DNA of 64,000 nucleotides from Verrucomicrobiota bacterium (GTDB lineage Bacteria; Verrucomicrobiota; Verrucomicrobiia; Limisphaerales; Palsa-1400). The stretch covers positions 410 through 64,409 of the forward strand of contig JBEKDI010000016.1 of NCBI GenBank assembly GCA_050014435.1. The letters are read 5' to 3'. Both the position numbers and the translations under genes were made by a program. Below the pieces are notes generated by a model that was given only the letters and a program-made list of their open reading frames with translations, did not search any database and was not told the origin of the DNA. The stretch's first letter is position 1, and the number at the start of each line of letters is the position of its first letter. This document shows, in pieces, positions 1 to 12,250 of the stretch.

Positions 1-281
1 ATGTCATCCACAACGACCGCAGTTCCGTCGCCAAGTAACGAGACGCCCAGGTTTGTATATGACAGTGGGCTGTCGCCAAGGTCGGTTTGCCAGGTATTTG
101 TATTGCTGAACGACCACCGGTCAAGCCAGGGACGTGAATAGGAGTTTGTGGGCGGGTAGAGGGAGTCGGCAATGGCGCTGGAAGATGCCCAGAGGCAAAT
201 GACAGCCAGCGTGAATTTCTGAACAAAACGGTGACACCTCTGTTGGTGGGTTTTCCGCCGCAGAACGCTTGATAATATCAT
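1..281 (-). CDS. 5' part of a secreted-protein gene that runs off the left window edge (partial)
   Basis: Absent from the ORF track because no stop lies inside the window. Minus-strand ATG at 281-279 opens MILSSVLRRKTHQQRCHRFVQKFTLAVICLWASSSAIADSLYPPTNSYSRPWLDRWSFSNTNTWQTDLGDSPLSYTNLGVSLLGDGTAVVVDD. This shows a basic n-region, a hydrophobic core and an AIA-D cleavage-like site. The frame stays open to base 1. Confidence 0.4.
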   Translation of the reverse strand, partial: MILSSVLRRKTHQQRCHRFVQKFTLAVICLWASSSAIADSLYPPTNSYSRPWLDRWSFSNTNTWQTDLGDSPLSYTNLGVSLLGDGTAVVVDD

Positions 282-773
282 AATTCTTTCCCCGGGAACC
301 CGGACACGGACAAAGAGGCGCGGACTTAACGCGCCCTGACTCAAGGCACCGCGAAGCGCCTTTCCAGAAAGCGCGTCAAGCCGCGCCCACTTGGGCGCAA
401 CTTCGGTTGGTCACTGTGACGGGCCAGAAAAATTAGCGGTTTTCGAGGAAGCCCGTAGCCGAAGCTACACAAATTTTAATGTTTATTTTTCAGTAATTCT
501 TCAGTTGATGGGCGGATAGTGGCCGGAGCCAGCCGATTAGTCCAGCCAAAAAACTACAATTTTTGTAATGGGTACATCGCACTTTTGGCGTAGTGGTTTC
601 CATCTACCTAATCTTAATCCTCCGGATCTGCGGTCTTTAGGACCCGCGCTCGTCCCGCAAAAACCTGTAACTTCCGTGCGGTGCGGCGCGTCAAATCACT
701 TGCCTGAATGCGTTGCATAAACTATGCTTAAGATGACAAAAATGTTGAGCCCTAACCCGAGACAGGATGGTGT

Positions 774-2183
<1,410 letters not shown>

Positions 2184-2189
2184 TTTATC

Positions 2190-4634
<2,445 letters not shown>

Positions 4635-4898
4635 GGCCGCGGATATAAGCCGCATTACTACTCCGTGACTTCCACTTGCAGGCCTCGCGACCGCGCGTCA
4701 TTCACAATCCGCTCCAATTCGTGGCTTGCAGCGTCGTCAATTCACTCCTCGCCGCATTGCGAGCAGAGGGTTGCGCGCACCCCGCGCACAACGACCCCAC
4801 GTCAATCAGATTTAGCTTTACTTTACGATTGTTTTCGCCTATCATCCTCCTTTCGTAGCGCGTTTGTGAACAGGAGCGGAGTCCGTATAAGAGCAGGA

Positions 4899-7800
4899 AT
4901 GAAACCGAACTCTCTCTTACTGGCCGCAGTTTTAATGGCTATTGTCGCTCTGCCGCTTCCCTCCCAAGCGGGAGCGCAATCTTTGCGAGGAAGTGTTCCT
5001 TGCATTTTCCCGGACCTGAAGGCCATCGGAGAGCTCTCCAAGGCTGAAAGGCTGGATTTAGTGATCGGGTTGCCGCTGCGCAACAAGCCCGCCCTCACCA
5101 ACCTTCTCCAGCAACTTTATGACCCGAACAGCCCACAGTATCACCGGTTTCTAACCCCTGCCCAGTTCGCCGAGAGATTTTCCCCAACGGAGGCGGATTA
5201 TCGGGCCGTCGCCGCGTACGCCATGAGCTCCGGGTTAACCGTCATGCGCACCCATGGCAACCGCACCCTGCTCGGCGTGAACGGAGCCGTGGCAGATGTC
5301 AACAAAACCTTTCATGTCAGCTTGCGGACATATCAGCATCCGACGGAACCGCGCACATTTTACGCCCCGGACAAGGAACCGACGTTGGCCTTGAACGTGC
5401 CCATTCTGTCGGTGAGCGGACTGAATAATTATACATTGCCGCGCCCGATGATTCGCCGGCGTTCAGCGTCCGCCCAAGGCGCCAGCCCGCAGCCGCAGGC
5501 TGGCACCGGTCCAGCCGGGGCCTTCCTCGGAAATGATTTCCGCGCCGCGTACGTTCCGGGCGTGCCTCTGACCGGTTCAGGGCAGACCGTCGGCTTGTTG
5601 GAGCTTGATGCTTTCTATGCGAACGACATTCTTACCTACGAACAGCTGGCCGGCATCGCGCCTGTGCCGCTGACAACGATTCTCGTGGGCGGGTACAACG
5701 GAGCCGTCGGAGCCAACAATTCCGAAGTGGCGCTCGATATCGAAATGGCCGTGTCCATGGCGCCAGGGCTCGACGCCGTTGTCGTCTATGAAGCGGATTA
5801 CGGCACCGTCGGGGCGGGGAACGAAATCCTGAATGAAATGGCTGCTCCGTCGCAGGGTGAACCGCTTTCACGGCAATTGAGCGCTTCATGGCTCTTGGCC
5901 GATGATGAAAACACCGAGCAGATATTTCAGCAGTTCGCCGCCCAGGGACAATCCTTCTTCAACTCTTCGGGCGACTACGACTCCTATTATCCCCCTGGAA
6001 CGGGAAACGAATCCCAGCTCTCTGTGAATGTCACGAGCGTTGGAGGGACCACACTGACCACCGCAGCGGACGGAAGCTGGCTTTCTGAAACTGTTTGGAA
6101 TTGGGGATCAATTGGGAGCAGCGGCGGGGTCACCCCGTATCCAATCCCATCCTGGCAACAAGGGATTGACATGTCGGCCTGCCAAGGCTCCACGACCCTG
6201 CGCAATATTCCCGACGTCGCACTGACTGCGGATAATATCTGGGTCGTCTTCGATCACGGCGCGCAAATGATCTTTGGAGGAACCAGTTGCGCTGCTCCGC
6301 TGTGGGCCGGATTCACGGCCTTGGTCAATGAGCAGGCGAATACGTATGGCTGGCCGCCGGTCGGATTCATTAACCCCGCCCTCTATGCCCTTGCCAAAAG
6401 TCCTTCATACACGAATTGCTTTCATGACATCACCGCGGGCAATAATACTTGGGTCGGCAGTCCCAACCTTTATTATGCAGTTCCCGGTTATGATCTTTGC
6501 ACGGGTCTGGGCACTCCCGCCGGGCAACCGTTGATCGATGCCCTGGCCATTCCTGATTACATGGCCATCACCCCATTCGACGGTTTTGCCTCCAGCGGCA
6601 ATCCTGGCGGGCCGTTGACGATCACCGAGGAAACGATGGCGCTTACGAACGCCGGAATGGAGCCGCTGAATTGGACTGTCAATTATTCTTCACCCTGGCT
6701 GAATGTCTCCACCAACGGCGGCGCGTTGGCGCCATTAAATGGGTCATCGACCGTGACTGTGAGTCTGAATTCCGAAGCCAGCAACCTTGTCCCGGGCTTA
6801 TATACTGCGACTCTTTGGTTCACCAACCAAAATGATGAATTCGCCGAGGCCCGCACCTTCACCTTGAACGTGCTTGGCGCGCCTGTGGTCATCGCGCCGC
6901 CCGCAAATCGGGAAATCGCCGCAGGTGACGGTGTGGCATTTTCAGTGACGGCGTCCGGCGCCACGCCGCTGTCTTACTTCTGGCAGCAGAACGGCGTCAA
7001 CATTTCGGGCGCGACCAACTCAACGCTCGTCTTGACTAATGTGCCGGCAGCGGACACCGCCAGTCAGTTTAGTTGCGCCATCACCAACACCTACGGCGCG
7101 GTCACCAGTTCCGTGGCTTTGTTGACTGTCGCCAACCCCTTGTATTGTTTTCACGGACCTGATGGGGCCAATCCGTGTGCGGCCCTGGTGCAGGCTACTG
7201 ACGGGAATTTTTATGGCACCACAGAATACGGCGGAGCGTATGGTTTTGGCACCGTATTCAGACTAACAATAAACGGCGTGCTAACCACATTGGTTTCGTT
7301 TAACAGCACCAATGGAGCAAATCCCGTTGCCGGCTTGGTGCAAGCCAGAGATGGCAATCTCTATGGCGTAACGATGAATGGCGGCATTGCCATCGGCGAG
7401 CAGGGTTACGGGACCTTCTTCAGAATGACGACCAATGGCCAGTTCACCAGCCTGCTTTTGTTCAACTACTTCGCCAGCAATCCCGAAGGCGGACTGGTGC
7501 AGGGCAGCGATGGGAATCTCTATGGCACCACCACAAGCGGAGGCACAGCCTATGCAGGCTGCGTCATCAGATTAACAACTACGGGTGGACTGACGACGCT
7601 GACGTCGTTCGATCCGCCGGCTTCGGGAAGCATGGTCACCAGCAGTTTGATCCAGGGCAGCGATGGCAATTTCTACGGCGCCGCGTCAGGCGGTGGCGCG
7701 AACACTTATGGAACCGTGTTCGATGTCACGACCAATGGGACGCTAAACACCTTCGATTCGTTTTCGTTTCTGGCCGACCCAAAAGGCGGCGTCGTCCAGG

Positions 7801-10800
7801 GCAGGGACGGGAACTTTTATGGCACGACCTACTTCGGCGGCGATTACCGGGACGGCACGGTATTCAAAATGACACCCAGCGGAGCACTGACGACGGTGGT
7901 TTCTTTTTATCCATTTCGCGGGACCGCGACCGGTCAGTGGCCTGTTGCGGGGTTAATGCAGGCCAGCGACGGGAATTTCTATGGCGCCACGACCGCCGGC
8001 GGAACGAACAATAATGGGACCCTCTTCGAGACGACGACGAACGGTGTGGTGAATACATTCGTCTCCTTCGAAGGCGCCGACGGAGCCAGCCCCCAAGCCG
8101 CGGTGACGCAAGGCGGCGATATGTATTTATATGGAACTGCGACTTACGGCGGCGTCGGTTACAACGGCGCCGCCGGGAGCGGAAATGGAACAATCTTCCG
8201 TGTGGCGATACCAGGTTTGCCAGTCATCGTTGCGCAACCTGTGAGCCAAGCGGTCAACCTCGGTGGCGCGGTTACCTTCGCCGTCAACGCCAGCAACACC
8301 TTGCCGTTGACTTATCTCTGGCTCCGCAATGGCGTAGTCGTGCCGGGAGCGACCAATAATGTTCTGACACTGACAAACGTGGGAATCCGGAATGTCGGCA
8401 ACTATAATGCCGTAATTACAAGCAGCTTCGACAGCGTGACCAGCGCGGTTGCCACGTTGACCATCAATAATAGCACGTGCATCGGTCCGCTTCCGGGCAT
8501 CGTCGCGTGGTGGCGTGGTGAAGGCAATGCCAACGACGTTATTGGAGGCAACAACGGCACCCTGATGGACGGTGCCAGCTTCACCAACGGCTTGGATGGG
8601 GACGGCTTCGCGTTCAATGGCAACGGAAGTTACGTTCAACTTCCAGAAAACTTGTTTCCATTCCCCAACGCCGGCCCCTTCTCCATTGAGTTGTGGTTTG
8701 AGACAGCAACCGGCGGGGTCATTCTCGAAGAGCAGGACGTGCCGAATGGATGGGTGCCTGATTTATATGTAGGAACGGATGGGAATCTCTATACGCAAAT
8801 CTTCTGGGACGGAGCCTTTAACCAAATCAGCACCACTACTCCCGTCAATGACGGTGCATTTCATCATGCGGCTGTCACCTTTGACGGAATCAACGAAACA
8901 CTTTATCTCGACGGCGCAAAAGCAGGGGCGACCACATCGCAATACTCCAGCTCTACCAGCAATTACTTCTGCCAACTCGGCACTGGCTACACGCAATATT
9001 GGCCGGCCGGCAATGGCGGTTGGTTTCCCTTCAACGGCATTATCGATGAGGTAAGCCTTTACGGCAACGCGTTGACAGCGGACCAGATCATCGCAATCTA
9101 CAACGCCGCTACCGCAGGCAAATGCGCCGGTGAGCTTTTGCCCGCCATCGTGGCGCAGCCGATTAACCAAACGATCCTTGCCGGACAAACCGCCACGTTT
9201 GGCGTCACCGCAGTCAGCTTCCTGCCATTGGCCTACCAATGGTTCAAGAACGGGTCGGCTCTGACCGGCGCCACAAACACAAGTTACCTCGTGACCAACG
9301 CTCAACCGTCTGACTCGGGAGCCCAGTTTGGCTGTCAGATTTCCACGACGCAGGGCCTCACGAACAGCGCCACCGTCGTGCTGACGGTAATGAGCCCGCC
9401 CGTCATCGTCGTGCCGCCAATGAGTCTGACTGTGCCTGCAGGAGGAAGCGCCCTTTTCACCATAAACGTCACGGGCACCACGCCTTTTTATTATCTCTGG
9501 CTGAGTAACAATACGCCCATCGCGCGAGCGACAGCTTCAAATTATTTCCTGAACAATATTCCATTGTCCGATTCCGGCGCGCAGTTCAGTTGCCTAGTGA
9601 GCAACGCCCTGGGAACGACTAGCAGCGCTCCTGCCCTGCTGACCGTGACAACCAACCTGCCGCCCACAGTGCTTTCTCTTTACTCATTTGGCGGACCCGA
9701 CGGCGCGAAGCCGCAGGCTGGTTTGGACCAAGGCAGCGACGGCAATTTCTATGGCACGACGGCGGCAGGCGGCGCCAATGGAGATGGGACTGTGTTTCAA
9801 TTCACAACCAACCACCTGCTGACCAGCCTCGTCTCTTTCACGGGAACCAACGGCAGCGCGCCGCAAGGGATCTTGTTGGAGGGAAGCGATGGCAATTTCT
9901 ATGGCACGACCAGCGCCGGCGGATCCAGTGCCTGCGGGACCGTCTTTCGGGTGGCCACGAACGGCGCGCTGACCAGCTTGGTCTCGTTTACCAGCACCAA
10001 CGATGGCGCCTTTCCACGAGGCGGTCTGGTGCAGGCAGGGGACGGCACTTTCTATGGCACGACCAGCGCGGGCGGCGGATCGACTCCCTACAGCGGGATT
10101 TACGGCACTGTGTTCCGCATGACATCCAATGGCGCCCTGACCAACTTGGTCTATTTCACTTACGCCAACGGTGCCGGCCCGGAGGCTGGCTTGGTTTGGG
10201 GCGGCGACGGATCCTTATATGGCACGACGGAATTCGGCGGCCTCGACCAGTACGGGGAAGTAGGCTATGGCTATGGCACAGTCTTCAAGATCACCACCAA
10301 CGGCCTTTTGACAACTTTATACACCTTCCTCGAGACAAATGGATATACTCCCACGACGCCCATCTCAGTATTGCCTGCCAGCGACGGTTACCTCTATGGC
10401 ACGACTCTCTGGGGCGGATGGACTAGCGGCGCCGGAACTGTGTTTCGCTTAACCACCAACGGCGCGATCGCTCCCTTGGTCTATTTCGGCAACACCAATG
10501 GAGCGTCACCCTATGGCGGACTGATGCAGGCCAGTGACGGGAATTTCTACGGCACAACCGAAACGGGCGGAGCTTATGGCGACGGCACGGTGTTCAAGAT
10601 GACCACCAACGGCGTGTTGACCACCCTCTTCTGCTTTTCCGGTTCCAACGGCTCGTCACCAGAAGGCATCTTGGTGCAGGGCTACGATGGCAATCTTTAC
10701 GGAACGACCACTTTCGGCGGCGCGGGCTATAACGGATCTCCAACCAGTGGCAACGGCACCATCTTTGTTGTCCTCCTTTCTGCCAGCGCCTCCCCTTTGG

Positions 10801-11009
10801 CGATTACGTCGGTGGCGCTTCTTCCGACTGGGAACGTCCAATTGACGATGACGGGATGGCCCGGGAATGTCTTTCGACTCATGGGATCAACGGACCTGCT
10901 AAACTGGCAAACGATTGCCACGATGACGAACTTTACCGGCGCCTGCACATTCGCTGATTCCGCCACAACCAACCTCACCGCTCGTTTCTACGAACTCGTG
11001 TCTCCTTAA
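4899..11009 (+). CDS. Giant secreted sedolisin (S53) peptidase fused to Ig-like, LamG and 2 x 7 GloVer (Gloeo_Verruco) repeat modules
   Basis: The ORF track gives 4665..11009; I start it at ATG 4899, where the signal peptide MKPNSLLLAAVLMAIVALPLPSQAGAQ begins. The N-terminus is a pro-kumamolisin-type prodomain (LYDPNSPQYHRFLTPAQFAERF) plus an S53 catalytic domain with EVALDIEMA, SSGDYDS and GGTSCAAPLWAG. Ig-like modules follow (e.g. PLSYFWQQNG...LLTV). Seven repeats of the DGNFYGTT..GG..G.GTVF type span ~7135-8215. A LamG-type jelly roll spans ~8465-9125 (WWRGEGNANDV, IDEVSLYGNALTADQIIAIYNA). Two more Ig modules, seven more GloVer repeats (~9670-10775) and a ~70-aa C-terminal module complete the protein. 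Confidence 0.9.
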   Translation: MKPNSLLLAAVLMAIVALPLPSQAGAQSLRGSVPCIFPDLKAIGELSKAERLDLVIGLPLRNKPALTNLLQQLYDPNSPQYHRFLTPAQFAERFSPTEADYRAVAAYAMSSGLTVMRTHGNRTLLGVNGAVADVNKTFHVSLRTYQHPTEPRTFYAPDKEPTLALNVPILSVSGLNNYTLPRPMIRRRSASAQGASPQPQAGTGPAGAFLGNDFRAAYVPGVPLTGSGQTVGLLELDAFYANDILTYEQLAGIAPVPLTTILVGGYNGAVGANNSEVALDIEMAVSMAPGLDAVVVYEADYGTVGAGNEILNEMAAPSQGEPLSRQLSASWLLADDENTEQIFQQFAAQGQSFFNSSGDYDSYYPPGTGNESQLSVNVTSVGGTTLTTAADGSWLSETVWNWGSIGSSGGVTPYPIPSWQQGIDMSACQGSTTLRNIPDVALTADNIWVVFDHGAQMIFGGTSCAAPLWAGFTALVNEQANTYGWPPVGFINPALYALAKSPSYTNCFHDITAGNNTWVGSPNLYYAVPGYDLCTGLGTPAGQPLIDALAIPDYMAITPFDGFASSGNPGGPLTITEETMALTNAGMEPLNWTVNYSSPWLNVSTNGGALAPLNGSSTVTVSLNSEASNLVPGLYTATLWFTNQNDEFAEARTFTLNVLGAPVVIAPPANREIAAGDGVAFSVTASGATPLSYFWQQNGVNISGATNSTLVLTNVPAADTASQFSCAITNTYGAVTSSVALLTVANPLYCFHGPDGANPCAALVQATDGNFYGTTEYGGAYGFGTVFRLTINGVLTTLVSFNSTNGANPVAGLVQARDGNLYGVTMNGGIAIGEQGYGTFFRMTTNGQFTSLLLFNYFASNPEGGLVQGSDGNLYGTTTSGGTAYAGCVIRLTTTGGLTTLTSFDPPASGSMVTSSLIQGSDGNFYGAASGGGANTYGTVFDVTTNGTLNTFDSFSFLADPKGGVVQGRDGNFYGTTYFGGDYRDGTVFKMTPSGALTTVVSFYPFRGTATGQWPVAGLMQASDGNFYGATTAGGTNNNGTLFETTTNGVVNTFVSFEGADGASPQAAVTQGGDMYLYGTATYGGVGYNGAAGSGNGTIFRVAIPGLPVIVAQPVSQAVNLGGAVTFAVNASNTLPLTYLWLRNGVVVPGATNNVLTLTNVGIRNVGNYNAVITSSFDSVTSAVATLTINNSTCIGPLPGIVAWWRGEGNANDVIGGNNGTLMDGASFTNGLDGDGFAFNGNGSYVQLPENLFPFPNAGPFSIELWFETATGGVILEEQDVPNGWVPDLYVGTDGNLYTQIFWDGAFNQISTTTPVNDGAFHHAAVTFDGINETLYLDGAKAGATTSQYSSSTSNYFCQLGTGYTQYWPAGNGGWFPFNGIIDEVSLYGNALTADQIIAIYNAATAGKCAGELLPAIVAQPINQTILAGQTATFGVTAVSFLPLAYQWFKNGSALTGATNTSYLVTNAQPSDSGAQFGCQISTTQGLTNSATVVLTVMSPPVIVVPPMSLTVPAGGSALFTINVTGTTPFYYLWLSNNTPIARATASNYFLNNIPLSDSGAQFSCLVSNALGTTSSAPALLTVTTNLPPTVLSLYSFGGPDGAKPQAGLDQGSDGNFYGTTAAGGANGDGTVFQFTTNHLLTSLVSFTGTNGSAPQGILLEGSDGNFYGTTSAGGSSACGTVFRVATNGALTSLVSFTSTNDGAFPRGGLVQAGDGTFYGTTSAGGGSTPYSGIYGTVFRMTSNGALTNLVYFTYANGAGPEAGLVWGGDGSLYGTTEFGGLDQYGEVGYGYGTVFKITTNGLLTTLYTFLETNGYTPTTPISVLPASDGYLYGTTLWGGWTSGAGTVFRLTTNGAIAPLVYFGNTNGASPYGGLMQASDGNFYGTTETGGAYGDGTVFKMTTNGVLTTLFCFSGSNGSSPEGILVQGYDGNLYGTTTFGGAGYNGSPTSGNGTIFVVLLSASASPLAITSVALLPTGNVQLTMTGWPGNVFRLMGSTDLLNWQTIATMTNFTGACTFADSATTNLTARFYELVSP

Positions 11010-11103
11010 TTGTTTCAATAGCGGGCTACAACGGTGATCGTCCCGCCGGTGTCACTCCCCATTCCTTCTTCCGCGCAGGGCTGTTCTGTTGTATTGTGGC
11101 GCC

Positions 11104-12060
11104 ATGTCGCAGCCGGATGAAAATGCGGGGCCAGCCGCCGATGCGCGGATTTTGGAGTTCCTCCGCCATCTGGCCATTGACAAGGACGCCTCCATTTACA
11201 CGCAGAGGAATTACCGCCAAGCCTTGCTCGAATTCTTCGCCTGGTTCAAAAAACAGCGTGGCTCCGCCCCGGATTGGCCCGTCTTGCAGCGGGACGACTT
11301 TCGCGATTTTCTCCGCTTCCTCGGCCGCGGCCAGTTGAGCCGCGCCGCCATTCAACTCCGCTTTTCCGCGCTGCGTTCTTTTTACAAATTTCTCATTCGC
11401 AACGGCGTGGCGGAGGCTTCGCCCATCCGGAATCTTTCGCTGCCCCAATCGCCAAAGCGCCTGCCCCTTTTCCTCACGGTCAAGCAATTGCAGGACCTGC
11501 TCGAAGCGCCTGGAGCGGAATTGCGCCGCGAGGCGGAAAAAGGCGAAGCGGACGCCGCCCTTTATTTTCGTGATGCAGCGATTCTGGAGGTGATTTATTC
11601 CTGCGGCTTGCGCGTCAGCGAGTTGTGCCGGCTTTGCGCCGCGGACATCGATTGGTCCCAACAAGTGGTGTGCGTGCGCGGCAAGGGAAGAAAGGAGCGG
11701 CTCGTGCCCATCGGCGGACCCGCGCTGAAGGCGATCCGCGCCTACTGGAAACATCGCACCGCCCCGGTCCTGGGCGGCCAGGCGGTTTTTTCCGCGCGTC
11801 CGAACAAGACCACCCCGCTGTCGCCGCGCACCGTGCAGACGCGCCTGAAGAAATATCTGTGCTCAGCCGGACTGGACCCGCACATGACGCCGCACAAATT
11901 GCGCCACAGTTTCGCCACACACTTGTTGGACGCCGGGGCGGATTTGCGCAGCGTGCAGGAATTGCTGGGCCACGCCCACTTGGTCACGACGCAGGTCTAT
12001 ACCCACATCACGACCGAGCGATTGAAGCGCGCCTACGATCAGGCCCATCCCCGCGCCTGA
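11104..12060 (+). CDS. Tyrosine site-specific recombinase, XerC/XerD-like
   Basis: N-terminal SAM-like domain (ILEFLRHLAIDKDASIYTQRNYRQALLEFF). Catalytic signature is present: GLRVSEL (Arg), HKLRHSFATHLL (His-x-x-Arg) and LLGHAHLVTTQVYTH (His, Tyr). ATG 11104 is preferred over the track start at 11089. Confidence 0.85.
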   Translation: MSQPDENAGPAADARILEFLRHLAIDKDASIYTQRNYRQALLEFFAWFKKQRGSAPDWPVLQRDDFRDFLRFLGRGQLSRAAIQLRFSALRSFYKFLIRNGVAEASPIRNLSLPQSPKRLPLFLTVKQLQDLLEAPGAELRREAEKGEADAALYFRDAAILEVIYSCGLRVSELCRLCAADIDWSQQVVCVRGKGRKERLVPIGGPALKAIRAYWKHRTAPVLGGQAVFSARPNKTTPLSPRTVQTRLKKYLCSAGLDPHMTPHKLRHSFATHLLDAGADLRSVQELLGHAHLVTTQVYTHITTERLKRAYDQAHPRA

Positions 12061-12081
12061 GAATGCCGCGCGGGCGAAGGC

Positions 12082-12158
12082 TGGTGCCAGCGAGTGGAAT
12101 CGAACCACTGACCTCGGGCTTATGAGTCCCACGCTCTAACCAACTGAGCTACGCTGGC
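12082..12158 (-). tRNA. tRNA with CAU anticodon (elongator Met, or Ile2 if lysidine-modified), CCA encoded
   Basis: The reverse complement reads GCCAGCG TA GCTC AGTTGGTTA GAGC G TGGGA CTCATAA GCCCG AGGTC AGTGG TTCGATT CCACT CGCTGGC A CCA. This gives a 7-bp acceptor stem, D arm, TPsiC arm with TTCGATT and anticodon loop CT-CAT-AA. G1-C72 is paired, so it is not an initiator. There is one A31/G39 mismatch in the anticodon stem. Confidence 0.9.
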
Positions 12159-12207
12159 CTGAGGGGCTATACTTCGCGGAGAACCATGCCGGTGTCAAAT
12201 TCGATTT

Positions 12208-12250
12208 TAAAAACAAAAAGCCCCTGTCCAGCCTTTCGGCTGAACAGAGG
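12208..12250 (-). terminator. Rho-independent terminator (minus strand)
   Basis: The minus strand reads CCUCUGUUCAGCC-GAAA-GGCUGGACAGGGG followed by CUUUUUGUUUUUA. That is a 13-bp stem with a GAAA loop. Its two non-Watson-Crick positions are G-U on the minus strand but C-A mismatches on the plus strand, so the signal is strand-specific. Confidence 0.7.

Noticed and set aside
4665-4898. Upstream 78 codons of the giant ORF 1
   Set aside because: They have no protein-like features. A textbook signal peptide starts at the ATG at 4899.
4899-12158. Genomic island bounded by the tRNA and carrying giant gene 1
   Set aside because: I saw no att-like duplication of the tRNA end in the window. The recombinase looks Xer-like, composition is uniform, and the DUF1501/DUF1553 neighbours are core-type PVC genes.
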